Assembly (NCBI GenBank): GCA_044221725.1
Contig: JBGAON010000001.1
Coordinates: forward strand, 224,001-288,000
DNA from: Elusimicrobiota bacterium
GTDB lineage: Bacteria; Elusimicrobiota; Elusimicrobia; F11
Direction of reading: 5' to 3'
Length of the DNA: 64,000 nt
The first letter of the stretch is position 1; every line of letters begins with the position of its first letter. Of this stretch, positions 31,401-35,697 are shown piece by piece. Position numbers and translations under genes: made by a program. The notes beneath the pieces were generated by a model, which was not told where the DNA came from, did no database searches, and was given only the letters and a program-made list of their open reading frames with translations.

Positions 31401-33815
31401 AAGATTTGGCGTGATGTTAACTTCAACGATCAATTGGATGCGGGGGATGAATTGTTGTCAGCGCCGACGATCCAATTTGATTTGACGGATGAGAACAACC
31501 GCATTGTTCAGATACCGTTAACGAAGCCCGTGTTGTTATCGCCGACGGCAAGAAGCTTCTTCTTGTCATACGATATCGGTGAAGGGGCCGAAGCGGGTGC
31601 CGCCGTTGGTGCAAAAATTGGTGACACGGCTTGGATTTCCGTAAGCCAACCGAATCAAGTCTCTCCCACGATTAAATTTTTGACGGCGAGTGCCACGAAT
31701 CAATCGTATCCGTACGAAACGTCGTTGATCCCGATCAACGCCGTGCTGGTCGATGTGGCCGGCCAAACGTTGTCGCCCGCGCAGATTCCGCAATTGTCGA
31801 CCGGTGTCCCAATGATGATGCTATCGATGAAGACGGATCGAAACTTTGTCACGCTGAAGAAAATCAAGTTCTACCAAACCGGAACAATTGAGACTTCTGT
31901 GGATGGCCAAGGCGACATTAAGCAAATTTCGATCTGGCGCGATAACGGAAACACGATCTTTGAGCCGTACGCCGATACATTGATCGGATCGGTGTTGCAT
32001 GCCGCTTCGACAAACTACGCGAACGGAATTGCTGTTATTGATCTCGATGGCACGGCCGGAGAAGTAATTACCACAGATCCGACAAATTTCTTTGTCACGA
32101 TTGACGTTGGCGATCGCTCGTTATCGGGCAAGTCCACCCGCGGCCATTCGTTTGGCCTTAAGATTAAGACGTTTGGTGATTTCACGTTTGTTCCGCCAAC
32201 GGCCGGTGCGTCTACCGACATTAATTATGTTTCGTTGATCACGAATTTGACCACAATTCTCGATGAAGGGGCGATGATCGTGTCGCCCGTGTTCTTGCTG
32301 CCGAAGATTTGGGCAAACCCGTATGGCGATGGCTATCCGGCGCTCGATGAGAACGGCAGTCCGGAGCCGAGACGTTACGATTCGGATGGCGTGCCAATGG
32401 TTGATGTGGACGATGACGGAGCGAATGACATCATTAAAGATGCCGCGACCGCGCTCCCGGGTGTTGACTTGGACGGCGATGGGCTCATCGAAGTCGATAT
32501 GACGCGCAGCGGATTCTTGTCGGTTGACTTTAACAACGACGGTATTCCCGATGACGTGTTGCCCGATCAAAACGGTGACGGAATTCCCGAAATTGACTTG
32601 GGTAAAGATGGGTTCGCTGATTTTGGATACATTCCTGAAAAGTGGTCCAAAGAAACGTCGCGCCTGTTCTCGCGTTGGGCGAAGATTAAGAGCGGTGCGT
32701 TGGATCGTTACGAGATCGGTCTTGGTGTGAACAATTTAACGAACTCCGTTTCAGAAGCGCAGGGCAACAACGGGTGGGTTACATCGGACAAAGAGAATTC
32801 TCTCGAACTAAACAATCTCACTCTGTTATCGGCGGCTGTTGCGCGGTTGTCTCAAAGTATTCCGTTGGATAAAAATCCTCCGTTTGATCTTCTTGTCGAC
32901 AACACGAGCGACCTCACGAATTTCACCGGGGAAAATGGGCAAATTCAGGTGGACAGCGAAATCATGTCCTATTCGGTGCGGGCGAATAACGTGTTTCATG
33001 TCAACAAGCGCGGTGAATCGTTTGGAACGCCGCGCGTTGAACACCTGTTGGCGGCTCGCGTGACCAACGAAGCCTATGTTGTCCGTGCGCGTGCGGTGTC
33101 CACGTCGGGCGTTGCGGGTGCAGAAACCGCTATTAAAGTTTATCGCGTCGACCTTTCGCCGCCGTCGATTCCAGGCAAGCCTGTTTCCGACCAAGAGTTG
33201 GCCGGTGGTGCGCCCGCGAAGACCGGTGTGTTCACCATTAAATGGAGCGGTTCAAGCGACAGCGAATCCGGTGTTCGTGCCTACGAAATTCAGGAGCGCG
33301 TGGACAACGACCCCGTGTGGGCCACGATTCGGATGGTTCCCTCGGCGCAGCATTCCCTTTTGGTAGGGAACAAAGACAATCCGTCGAATCTCCCGAAACC
33401 ATCGGGTCACTTCTATTCCTATCGTGTTCGTGCGTTGAATCAAGCGGGTGGCGTGAGCGATTGGTCCGCACCGTCCGCGGCGGCCAGCACCGGCTTCCCG
33501 ACGGAAGCGATCACGAAGGTCACGAACTATCCGAACCCGGTCGACATCCGGCAAGGTCCAACCAATATTTCGTACATCTTGAATGAAGATTCCTCTGTCA
33601 AAATCACTCTGTTCGACATCCTCGGTTACCAAATTCGCAGCTGGGAGTTCTCGGCCGGCGGCAACGGCGGTAAAGCGGGACCGAACGTGTTCAAATGGGA
33701 TGGAACGGATGCCGGCGGTTCCAAGGTGGCTGCCGGTGGATATATCATGCGAATCGAGGTCATTGGTACAAAAGGTTCAACCACCGTAATTCGCAAAATC
33801 GGCATTCTAAACTAA
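9852..33815 (+). CDS. Giant multidomain surface protein, 3' segment (7987 aa): Ig-like repeats, 27 LLPGET repeats, 8 WRD/NG modules, DxDxDG loops, FN3-like domain, C-terminal T9SS-type-A/FlgD-Ig domain
   Basis: Single uninterrupted ORF. Genuine in-frame sequence resumes at about 9906 (NAMAFTGPNVW..., identical to copy 1). It has no signal peptide of its own, so it is a continuation of the upstream ORF. C-terminus is NYPNP...ISY.L...VKITLFDILG...WDGTD..G..VAAGGY...KIGILN. Confidence 0.9.
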   Translation: MYWNAVPTPSVPLRVNRSNAMAFTGPNVWTSTHPTLQDGLAYQVRMRATDKAGNVEPLRATTAFTFDVSSPTAGIVLPVNNSNISSLPTISGTVTDNTGLSGVQQVELAIYVDTGGWYNEANNTFDQSSEHYFVTSSTNGFATWFSTGIPFVSGHIYALRSRATDKANNVQTIFATAVSTLSFTFDNTAPASQVTFPDGTQVRSTIPQILGTASDNKSGVAYVYASVGQISGATTNYFDGTGFTAATEYFNLATGTTSWSYNASIPYTSGLRYLFRSFAIDQSGNIETALVPQIAAWYDVTKPTTSLTSPLSSTYRSELDSIQGNAFDATAGLAALASNGVQVRILELGGNWWGGSSFNQPDPNAAWSNATGGTPTSWTYVNGSLTSALQSGTTYLIQVRAKDTAVPANQGPSSNGTNSNFTLGVDSNTVVIDKVAPVSGIFLPASGGTTWYYNSLPTISGTSTDAISRITSAAQVTVSIKEALPAGAWWSGASTFTASSEQFFGATTLAAANSTWTLTMPTLRHGMAYLIRVKASDNVVPTPNSETALSSTTFVYDVQYPTATVYSPANGAIISALTDISGTTQEEFVTSAVYITVRDDTMNLWWDNTNSTFTLLNGAKVFYLASQVAGSWNNWTWSFPSSKFVTGRDYTINVYATDAAGNTQPVAISGFTWDKTDPLSEVTVPTNGSFLRVGAFTTVSGTADDANDIQTVEVSIQRLSDSNWWNSGSNSWSGSGPLYISQTATLDGAAGSHPRGWHLTSGLPADAKLSADGLYRVRVRATDAPGNIQQTISNGITFRYDVDAPSLAIQYPVDSTIYPSITSIYGTAQDNFNTKRVELRLKNGNNEYWDGGSWVAPVNTWVVATGTSASFNTVNWTYTTVPTWAAQTYQLNVRAVDEAGNYTQNYSSITFTFDNIPPVTITTYPVSGSTYRSVAFINGTVQDGLSPRDILETRVKIYRSTGVGGVEHWNGGSDAWEGPEVWNLVNRTSHGGSLYYWDYSDTNFTDPNPALTWTSGTTYYIVSRAIDTAGNVAVESSTKTFVFDNTPPASAPTNPLDARAYKASDLAIISGTAIDATSAIASVQLSIKDEDTAGGAKYFNGSTFSATTETFLDVAQLFSASWTYTSGGLSFNNGHHYVFKSSAADIIGNVETPGSGNRILLDGQNPVSGVVSPTNDFTGTPSQTVFGTASDPGFTSGISGTGSGVKSTLSWHQGKAQLLILRDEGVSIGAGPVTYGSWNIAEDFVWNGSTWVAASNTPTWVDADSMDGLGNWTYLGLVNNWVKGKFYVAWVRAIDNAGNVQNAITPGPKFQIAAPAASFVVTGLTDSQAAGFDHTITVEARDAQGFRATGYQGTVVFSAPGGPETSDTDDTLDDIYGLPKSYTFVSGDAGIHTFTTSVRFRQSGTRQIRAEDSVDASIFGVQSGITVNPASAIGLLVVAAGQTYAPGESPTPDGDGKTGSITPVTAGNTIVSQIKVVDKYWNTVTSSSPVISVVTSDPYDTDPGSVSITAGTATVNVTMTTAGNQTITASGAGTDGISNTVVINPKSADRLVAVLPGQTRTQGKYNVIPFGKTGSVSNIYAGQAMTVSVYGVDQYYNLDPAASVVVYTDLPNDSYDTTPFSRTLVSGTTAFTLTPVTSGSQVVRSTANVTNNTYTSESFTVLADTDSTQIRIQLVFSGETPVPGLPPYAQQNGGKNGTPNAQYAGLGSTVTVRLVDRFYNLITGGAVMPTVTLTTSDPNDDGFGFAPVAVSLVNGVKQATITFVTSNNAYSSSANPARNNKGWQVTTNGGGLYTADVSTWVVTYPNDIVKLRLLASNQVIQEGSSPSGSGKTNSGSPVSGTAGTAYPLTVQAVDQYWNQNLGLGPLHNTGAGQNVDIESNDPYSLFHSTGPLTQGEKVFSTFEPRTAQTLTVYAYSVDDPLISSQTITGITITPAAAAHYQTLLPGETPLPGSNVYPTGGKSGTPNTQTAGTAIPSPGVEIRLVDDYWNPIVSGPLPWVILTAPETVDTYAVLPSSQQMALSGGVYRAVFTSTVTLRTAGAALSHRILATDPGLTNYSASYSSYFTVQPNTLNRLQVLMPGETADPGRPANWLGGGGLAGKTGSPDEDGISANGVQSFYAGNSYNVTVNGVDAFYNVVSTNSTISLTSSDLNGTPDNVTPLSNTLAAGTTGFSVIFKTAQDAAAAPVTQQLTAASGALTPGLTPNLNIQANSSTHIQVLLTGETAAPGTSAGKTGTPTAAIAGEDYSIVTRLTDDYWNAIGNTSSDVGLRLTTTDPYDSPDPDTTATILQGAGNFSTTYTHKFQRQNTTGWYVTASTQTGPLYVSTMVGPVPVTADSNAANNHYLIVVLPGEQFEAGKTAAPAGRTGTPDFTAVLGSSVPRAGDSFPVTVVAVDRFYNKVDDSDNPLVTISANPFLFPTYAPGASFTLTNGSATVNVTLRRSTGTATLSINEAAYGSGIEYSTGTSSTFSVVPNSATRLQVLLPGETAVPGSSTGKTGSADSDGNNSANGDGIAGNIDDFVAGVPYQVNVRATDDYYNLVTGATPKVTLTLTDPYAQPASQQQDLISGSTVYAVTFFTANPSGWNINVATSAGINLIPATSANAIVRANSATKLLVLVPGQTQVPGNVSASGKSGTITGATAGSVWIATVTAVDNWYNTVTSASGNAWFVTSDPYDVEATTRTLVNGTTSFSIQMVQAGNQTLTVYHLEGFYSTGTVTNIPITAGTANRALVILPGETYLPGKPPYTIGSGTGGKATPDSPSSQTAGTAINPVTVYATDAYWNQAVSVATVTLTAPADVNPMGLTDLHLVGGATSYAPILYKAVDYNGSTHTFSVSIAGLTNPDYDTPQFILYPDTVGPRKIRMLYPGESRVPGTVAGKSGTVTGPAADSHFTAGQLVAITLDGTDSWGNILDVGSTFTYTTDDAYDTNDPRSVTLLHGTSSYMHRFITERTNDAGEVTIPNFTYATATASGYAPQSVAINVDDDDTVRNLQILVQGETPVPGSGTWPTAGKSGQPDGNTGTGPIDNFAAGQNISITVRVVDNYWNLVENPQKGQPLIQLTATDPNVSVPLLSGAPMSGGALSTTVQLRTKNLTPGWVITATGTANTFGFANNTSAAIPVDAGALAALQILAPGETPSSGTITGKLGTPSTQVAGTLFNIPIGNIRAIDAFYNTVSTNGSVTVTMRDPFGLPQSQTLALSAGANPAVVPITLKISTATFSPQELYVNGLGVVGSTSTAIPVNPNTATKLQVLLPGETAVPGSASGKIGTPSGAAAGDNYAVSVNLTDNYFNTVPQATQPTVRLLTMEPTSFFTVAPAQQTLAINGSASYTMTFQGANSAPGWRVLATTVPASVYSALPDTSPVVVVVATTTDRLQLVLPGETAVPGSTVGNARGLSGTPTAATAGVDYIVTVRLTDRFYNLKTDATPQVQVDTNDPYDTHPSTRTMLNGTTTYTIQFHTAPGPYWIHAATVPSHVTPTLADFTSANVAVNPGSPTMLQVLLPGESAVPGKPPYDFGENGGKTGTPDFDGNNGNGIQSFVAGSTFDVTVNLVDQYFNRSNTQNTFVVLSANDPYDTLAALGQKQTGAGGYQNGQTAFLGASLVTRNTTPGWQIFASTNNGDNYSMGRSTWVPVASGSLQQLLVLAPGEVSEEGNPIGKSNPNPSTEVAGTTFTVTVRAVDSNYNIVTTTDSLVALTFIGNSDATKDDAFSEPTRPLAKNLISGTTTFDLYLVTAENKQTIIIATAPALTPGYSGSIPMTADVTDRFQILLPGETAVPGSYASGARGLTGQPDIDGNNANGISPFIAGTPFNVQIRATDRFWNKTTATPINMTLTSSDLNDLSDPMTINLTAGATTVAWTFNTSNQTPGWNLTVDDGVAAFTGFTSTDVPTAPGTATKLQILLPGETAAPGTSTGKTGTPYAWVAGVSSKVIVNVVDSNWNIVPTASLSVRLSNNTDVYTSTQTLPLTNGTTTFNFTMYTATAATTFTAQRTSGLSIANPTSTSASFATNANSATQLQVLVPGQTALPGKPPYNGTGGYSGSPDYDSNSGNGVTAFPAGVPFNVTVRAVDNYYNLVQPSAKVQLMTEDPFDPTINPQSLAAGTTTFSIYMQTVNQAPGWTITVATTSDSPTSLIANTTPAIPVTAGAAAKLQLLLPGETAVPGSTANSTLGKTGTPTNATAGTRYDVVVRLTDAFYNVITGGAMPTVGLTTTDPYDDETTFFGGNPQSLDPFTGSATIGVFFNTSSSWTVTATDDPYTNLYQNDTSTTVFVQPAAPTRLLVIMPGETHTPGKVTAPQGKTGTPITQTAGENVPATVLIVDNYYNLVSTAQNPISITTDDPYDTDPGNYSVTGGSLTISNLSFRVAYRSAVVTATDSDSAGPSLVAGNSASVPVLPSTATRLQLVLPGETAQPGNTALVRGVTGTPTATQSGVNIPVQVRLTDSFWNLTQSTSAVRLTSADPFDGTSGPWPSAGKDPYDFVVVQGSGTFNFPLITISTTGWALTATDTDDNTSPYPIRFTSFVSSTIVVNPGPPAKLITVLPGESVASGSLTGKTGVASTATAGVEIDVKVYVADAFNNVVTVPPATAGTNSADVRIKVANNTDPNVIINTSTQAISPVTGLTIFQMTLVKASTHSIQADDISVNHSAWTTSVSSTFTVVPNTATRLLTLMPGETALPGTGAPGKTGTPTAQVAGASFPVIVQIVDDYYNQQPSHPAENLRVDTSDLYDTHPGTATYADGTSSDIFAVTLRTKGASHTLAAYDTNMLMPGTTWTYSQSGTFTVNASSASRFLVLLPGESQVEGSLTGKSGAISTVTAGVSFALTVLVTDEQFNTVTNSTAPHVLLHSNDVLEEYVSANPNDVLNGSRGYTMKAKTATTNFSVTASTTTGTPVGTERIVDGTASGMRVWPAGANHFEFANLPSSPIAAGDPFNGTIRVRDQFQNIISTGPNLYTGTVVFQAETSTDPAQVAVLPPNFTFSASDAGIKDFIGGPEGNFTLKKAGSRWLKAYDFGDSNISTERSGYSSRPYITVLPGVANKFLILSPLDISDGVTDSKVSVPAGNISNLGKTQLVGQLSDQFNNYISTPNFGVDLSAINVTGSTGTFKYQSGVSYTTITSTWTDANGQIGANPAFYYFVSTKAADKAQIRLSSGSIIGDSLQIVTVGGSPSKLVFVNPPASSQVGQWTANQFTLERRDDFDNATSQSVSNVTLGLGTGQDTTHSNDSKTFYFTQPLDQASHINTMVFNIGVSQLKFSFYDTMSSLPIGEDGRLGTWQIRADGPPLTAAVYELPVNAGPTATIGVDNAKHSVEAGKTTYQGVVQEFQFELWDSFANPTLATETIKIIFTSTRSASATNDAFGFVTSSSVVSLPGLTALTTGTIDIASGTYVSNFYYFDTRSSESYGILSSSRPVIGGYAAQRSWQTADHFVDIQPTFDFQNKVVILSSPAVFVAGGTSTVRQIQLQDKYSNPTPVILGSEDSNGNGIQFKLQSDSAGNYGFASPSTATFSTGDGLAQLMLGQHTTTYYLRDTKSGNHLHTVRENLSPSRGWAIDTQTYTVVAAPPYKILFVTPVRKLIAGTTNTYAVGVSTPNIQIQMQDVYDNVAISTYSQVIDIFSNSSLGKASVSPNGTFASIFGANALSLTFSAGISERDFFYEDDTTGFPVLSAVHQQNLLRSTTQQVIITPNRATKLSLEHNFSFTSPLSVRNEGIINVVARDQFNNVADGGASMGENNGYLYSGTIMLSQSASTTSVTLSGDGVGISTLTLTASATGTFTVKDLIQETLRLYATDYARPSVYGQTNLAPSNSDITTTGLVGTPVDMAPEPIGARSPFKDAIFVPIALAQGDGTTADKPNPVPMLRIRAEVKPTGINTYAVWKALRVTKLGSIPNQDVIEVALWRDMGFKDGEFDPTDDGNGVTVGVPLATGTFQNVSGNDICDLDFTASSQTVTTIFQQYFITVRISTTATENTTLGVGVLDSSAFTIPAAESTARIAENNFPMLSYKSDIIKTPAPVMMKVTDIAAYYSNQKSSSVPQGLPAAGYLKVAVWTRNFTGVLDKIRVTRIGTASDLDVTDVRMYMDGLDGTNGDGFFQPAGDTLINSSVVSFSTSAATLDIQPNLLVDGTTKYMFIVMGVAESAQIGATLGVRIPSRTDVILTDGLMVDFNQDPTMQSFPVLSGTPPIAATNDHLVINPVPIAPAAAIQGDKDVGLLRLDMNASDHSVILTGIRINRKNANLVNKADDVSDIRIYYDIDGDRVFNASVDKIVSSTSKAVKFNSTTLTSPISNSATNIPVQSVEDFPVAPGRLVIEDNSGNREVVTYAGIDAVFNEFTGVTRGVEGSTPIAHASNVQLDGQASIPVFGPFNGQEILGNLKFKPETLLAADLDASTGPITISIADTTEFPASGAFQIGSELGLTYTGKTATTLTGVRRTAAVSHITGESVFGAARNKSFFVAYDIADLATPGRLAGAQTVLGLDIPATSYISVGAPDVVDPVPSFNAEIGDIFEYGDSITVTSTNTSTGNTLQQQSVNQPILQMMMATNKAEAYWTNLVVTATGTANPADVKRVSVWRDADNNGVFTTQNDVLIGSGTFGNTGNPKLASIAYVAQQKLVTNSRSLAQGITQRYFVTVDMESLATPETTFGLVLAGPSSFSMVPTPPNLDTVANTNLPFASKLRTVIPSPRVVTIQPTMLHSNSLGVSATPVVDVDITASATAIPIRPNTLGLPTSGYAVIDSEVVFYATKSNGALQSVSRAQLGTVANAHLGGSQLGVYYTQGDLNNAYMKLLVSCNGFNVRWFSLKLNRYLPAGSIKGDDQDVTMIHVWKDNGNGILDRDPSTGQIPPGTEVLVGEKALGTNGDAGGTASIALNDPTAGSPGFALVTSQQTTYWITVDVNPTALFDDLLGFKIQAPASFTIGALTANDGIHSVSTTSIPITSAASVIRPTIDTMKIFIEDLAPPQVTQNKKFVPIARINLKTDANTAVWQKLRVDLTTDNGAVSGDVSAIRLFKDVGNDTIFNVQETSTDVNGKLINMLSQGTETFNDKVTTLILNPQVIESETVNPAGQNYFLAYDINAFAQVGVNVGAQIATTDYFTIAYPDVETFNAVTPPFLSSRSNIVAVSNQITLSVDDNAKQVANTGGTYQASQNVEVMRFTLTTDISQAYWNAIRIERNGSSPTQGFQYGHNEDVKYVKIWRDVNFNDQLDAGDELLSAPTIQFDLTDENNRIVQIPLTKPVLLSPTARSFFLSYDIGEGAEAGAAVGAKIGDTAWISVSQPNQVSPTIKFLTASATNQSYPYETSLIPINAVLVDVAGQTLSPAQIPQLSTGVPMMMLSMKTDRNFVTLKKIKFYQTGTIETSVDGQGDIKQISIWRDNGNTIFEPYADTLIGSVLHAASTNYANGIAVIDLDGTAGEVITTDPTNFFVTIDVGDRSLSGKSTRGHSFGLKIKTFGDFTFVPPTAGASTDINYVSLITNLTTILDEGAMIVSPVFLLPKIWANPYGDGYPALDENGSPEPRRYDSDGVPMVDVDDDGANDIIKDAATALPGVDLDGDGLIEVDMTRSGFLSVDFNNDGIPDDVLPDQNGDGIPEIDLGKDGFADFGYIPEKWSKETSRLFSRWAKIKSGALDRYEIGLGVNNLTNSVSEAQGNNGWVTSDKENSLELNNLTLLSAAVARLSQSIPLDKNPPFDLLVDNTSDLTNFTGENGQIQVDSEIMSYSVRANNVFHVNKRGESFGTPRVEHLLAARVTNEAYVVRARAVSTSGVAGAETAIKVYRVDLSPPSIPGKPVSDQELAGGAPAKTGVFTIKWSGSSDSESGVRAYEIQERVDNDPVWATIRMVPSAQHSLLVGNKDNPSNLPKPSGHFYSYRVRALNQAGGVSDWSAPSAAASTGFPTEAITKVTNYPNPVDIRQGPTNISYILNEDSSVKITLFDILGYQIRSWEFSAGGNGGKAGPNVFKWDGTDAGGSKVAAGGYIMRIEVIGTKGSTTVIRKIGILN
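14140..24570 (+). repeat. Array of 27 ~130-aa protein repeats, consensus LQVLLPGETAVPG-x-GKTGTP-x-AG...V.V..(T/V)D.(Y/F)(W/Y)N...(T/S)DPYD
   Basis: Counted 27 LxxLxPGE/Q-type motifs in the translation between about 14155 and 24215. Repeats are diverged at the DNA level. Confidence 0.85.
33500..33815 (+). other. C-terminal T9SS type-A-like sorting / FlgD-Ig domain of the giant protein
   Basis: YPNP motif, D-x-x-G (FDILG), WDGTD..G, G-x-Y (GGY) and terminal K-I-x-I pattern. Confidence 0.8.
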
Positions 33816-33884
33816 ACCTCAAGCAAGCTTTAGATTGCCTGATTTCTGCCTTCAAATTGTCATCAGCAAATCTCTCCTCCGTCA

Positions 33885-33942
33885 TGACCCGCCCCCTAGA
33901 CTCATGATGTCGAACGAAATGCATTTCGTTTGGCGCGGGTCA
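33885..33942. promoter_or_regulatory. Intergenic inverted-repeat element (perfect 18-bp palindrome nested in an outer stem)
   Basis: aacgaaatgcatttcgtt (33913-33930) is a perfect palindrome. tgacccgc (33885-33892) pairs with gcgggtca (33935-33942). Confidence 0.45.
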
Positions 33943-33960
33943 CAAAAGGGTGAAATAGAA

Positions 33961-35676
33961 ATGAACGAAGTAGCAGAGGGGACATCGTTGCTTTATTTTT
34001 GCAAAGCGCTTTTGGCGCTTTGTTCTTCTATTTTTTCCCGGCCCAATCTCTCCTCGAAAACCTCTGCGAAATCGTTGCTCGATAACTATCCATTGTTTGC
34101 GCATCTCACCCGTGCGTTCATGATGATTATGCTTATCGCGTCCGGTTCGCGTTTGTACGCTGGCGGGGAACCCGCCGGTTTCACGCAGTGGGGCGTCGGT
34201 GCTCGCTCGCTTGGTATGGGGCGCGCGTTTCTCGCGGTTTCAGACGATGCCAGCGCTACGTACTGGAACCCTGCCGCGATGGTTCAATTGGAGCGCAAGG
34301 AGCTTATGGCGATGCAGGCCACGCTCTTCCAGCAGACGACGCTCACTTCTCTGAGCTACGCGAGTCCCGGATCCAAAATGGGAGCCTGGGGCTTTAATAT
34401 GACACGGCTCACATCCGGCGACTTCGAAAAAATGTCGGTGACCGTCGATCCGTCGTCTCCGCCCGACAGCCCAACTTATCTTGAAGTGAAAAAGATGGGT
34501 TCTTTTACCGTTGCGCAGCAAGCGATGACGTTCGCTTATGGAAAACAAGTTACAAACAAACTGGCCATGGGGCTTTCTCTTAAACGCATCAGCACGCAGA
34601 TTGATACCTTCACGCAAGCGTTCGCAGCCGTTGACGCGTCCGTTTTCTCGAAGGTAAATGAGAATTATCGTTTTGGTCTTGCCATTCGAAACGCCGTGAC
34701 ACAAGCGCCGGCAACCTCGAGTGATCGTTTGCCTTTAACGGTTCGCGTGGGCAACGCGTACAGCCTTTTGAACAAACGCCTTATCCTCGCCGCGGATTTA
34801 AATTCGAATAAATATTCCGGAATGGGTTGGAACCTCGGTTCCGAATATTGGGCAACGCGAAAAATGGCACTCCGGCTTGGTATCGAAAGCCGCAAAAGTC
34901 AGATCTCTGAGACCACCTTTGGTTTCGGTTTTGCCGCACGGAGCTTGAATTTGGATTTGGCTGTGGGCCTCACCGAACTCGGCATGTCGCAACGGATGTC
35001 GGTGTCGTGGAAATTTGGTCAGGCCGCGGCCCAAGGACGCGGCGATGAAGCACGCCGCTTAATCAAAGCTGGAGAGTCGGCGTTTGCGAAAGGAAATTAT
35101 GCGCAGGCCGTGGCGCGTTTGGAAGCGGCGCTTTCTGTGGATCCGTCGAACAAAGATCTGCAAGCGATGGTGGCAAAGATGAACGCGATTGCCGGTGCGA
35201 TCCCCGCCGCCACTGGCGACGGCGAAATCGACCGTCTGGTGCGCCAAGGTGTGGCGGCGTACGTGCAGGGCGACATGAACACCGCGTACGACTCGTTGCG
35301 CACCGCGTTCGAGAAGAATCCGTCGAACCAAAACCTCATGAATTTCACAAATCGCGTGGCCCGCCAGGCCGGCTTGCCTCAGGTGGAACCTCCGCGCGAT
35401 ACCGTGTCAGGGGCGCGTTGGACGCTCGTTGATCAGAAGCTGCACGATGCGCTGACCGCGATCTACGAAGGCCGTTACGATGTGTCGATCACAAAATGCG
35501 AACAAGTGCTGCGCATTGATCCGAGCAACGTGACCGCGATCGGCCGCATGGGGGCCGCGTTCTTCCTCATGGGCGAAAAAGAGAAAGCGATTACATTGTG
35601 GAAACGCGCGCTCGAGCTGGAACCGAACAACCAGACCGCGATCGACTACCTGCGGCAACTGGGTGCCTATAAGTAA
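33961..35676 (+). CDS. PorV/PorQ (UPF0164, FadL-like) outer-membrane beta-barrel fused to C-terminal TPR repeats; start codon uncertain (33961-34120)
   Basis: Signature GVGARSLGMGRAFLAVSDDASATYWNPAAM follows a signal-like segment (MMIMLIASGSRLYA). Amphipathic beta strands end SVSWKF. TPR helices follow (GNYAQAVARLEAALSVDP; AITLWKRALELEPNN). Confidence 0.8.
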   Translation: MNEVAEGTSLLYFCKALLALCSSIFSRPNLSSKTSAKSLLDNYPLFAHLTRAFMMIMLIASGSRLYAGGEPAGFTQWGVGARSLGMGRAFLAVSDDASATYWNPAAMVQLERKELMAMQATLFQQTTLTSLSYASPGSKMGAWGFNMTRLTSGDFEKMSVTVDPSSPPDSPTYLEVKKMGSFTVAQQAMTFAYGKQVTNKLAMGLSLKRISTQIDTFTQAFAAVDASVFSKVNENYRFGLAIRNAVTQAPATSSDRLPLTVRVGNAYSLLNKRLILAADLNSNKYSGMGWNLGSEYWATRKMALRLGIESRKSQISETTFGFGFAARSLNLDLAVGLTELGMSQRMSVSWKFGQAAAQGRGDEARRLIKAGESAFAKGNYAQAVARLEAALSVDPSNKDLQAMVAKMNAIAGAIPAATGDGEIDRLVRQGVAAYVQGDMNTAYDSLRTAFEKNPSNQNLMNFTNRVARQAGLPQVEPPRDTVSGARWTLVDQKLHDALTAIYEGRYDVSITKCEQVLRIDPSNVTAIGRMGAAFFLMGEKEKAITLWKRALELEPNNQTAIDYLRQLGAYK

Positions 35677-35697
35677 AAATCCCATTCAATTCAAGCA

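Noticed and set aside
33835..33960. N-terminal extension of the PorV-like ORF from TTG 33835
   Set aside because: It overlaps a palindromic intergenic element and would put about 95 aa before the signal peptide; a later start is more plausible.
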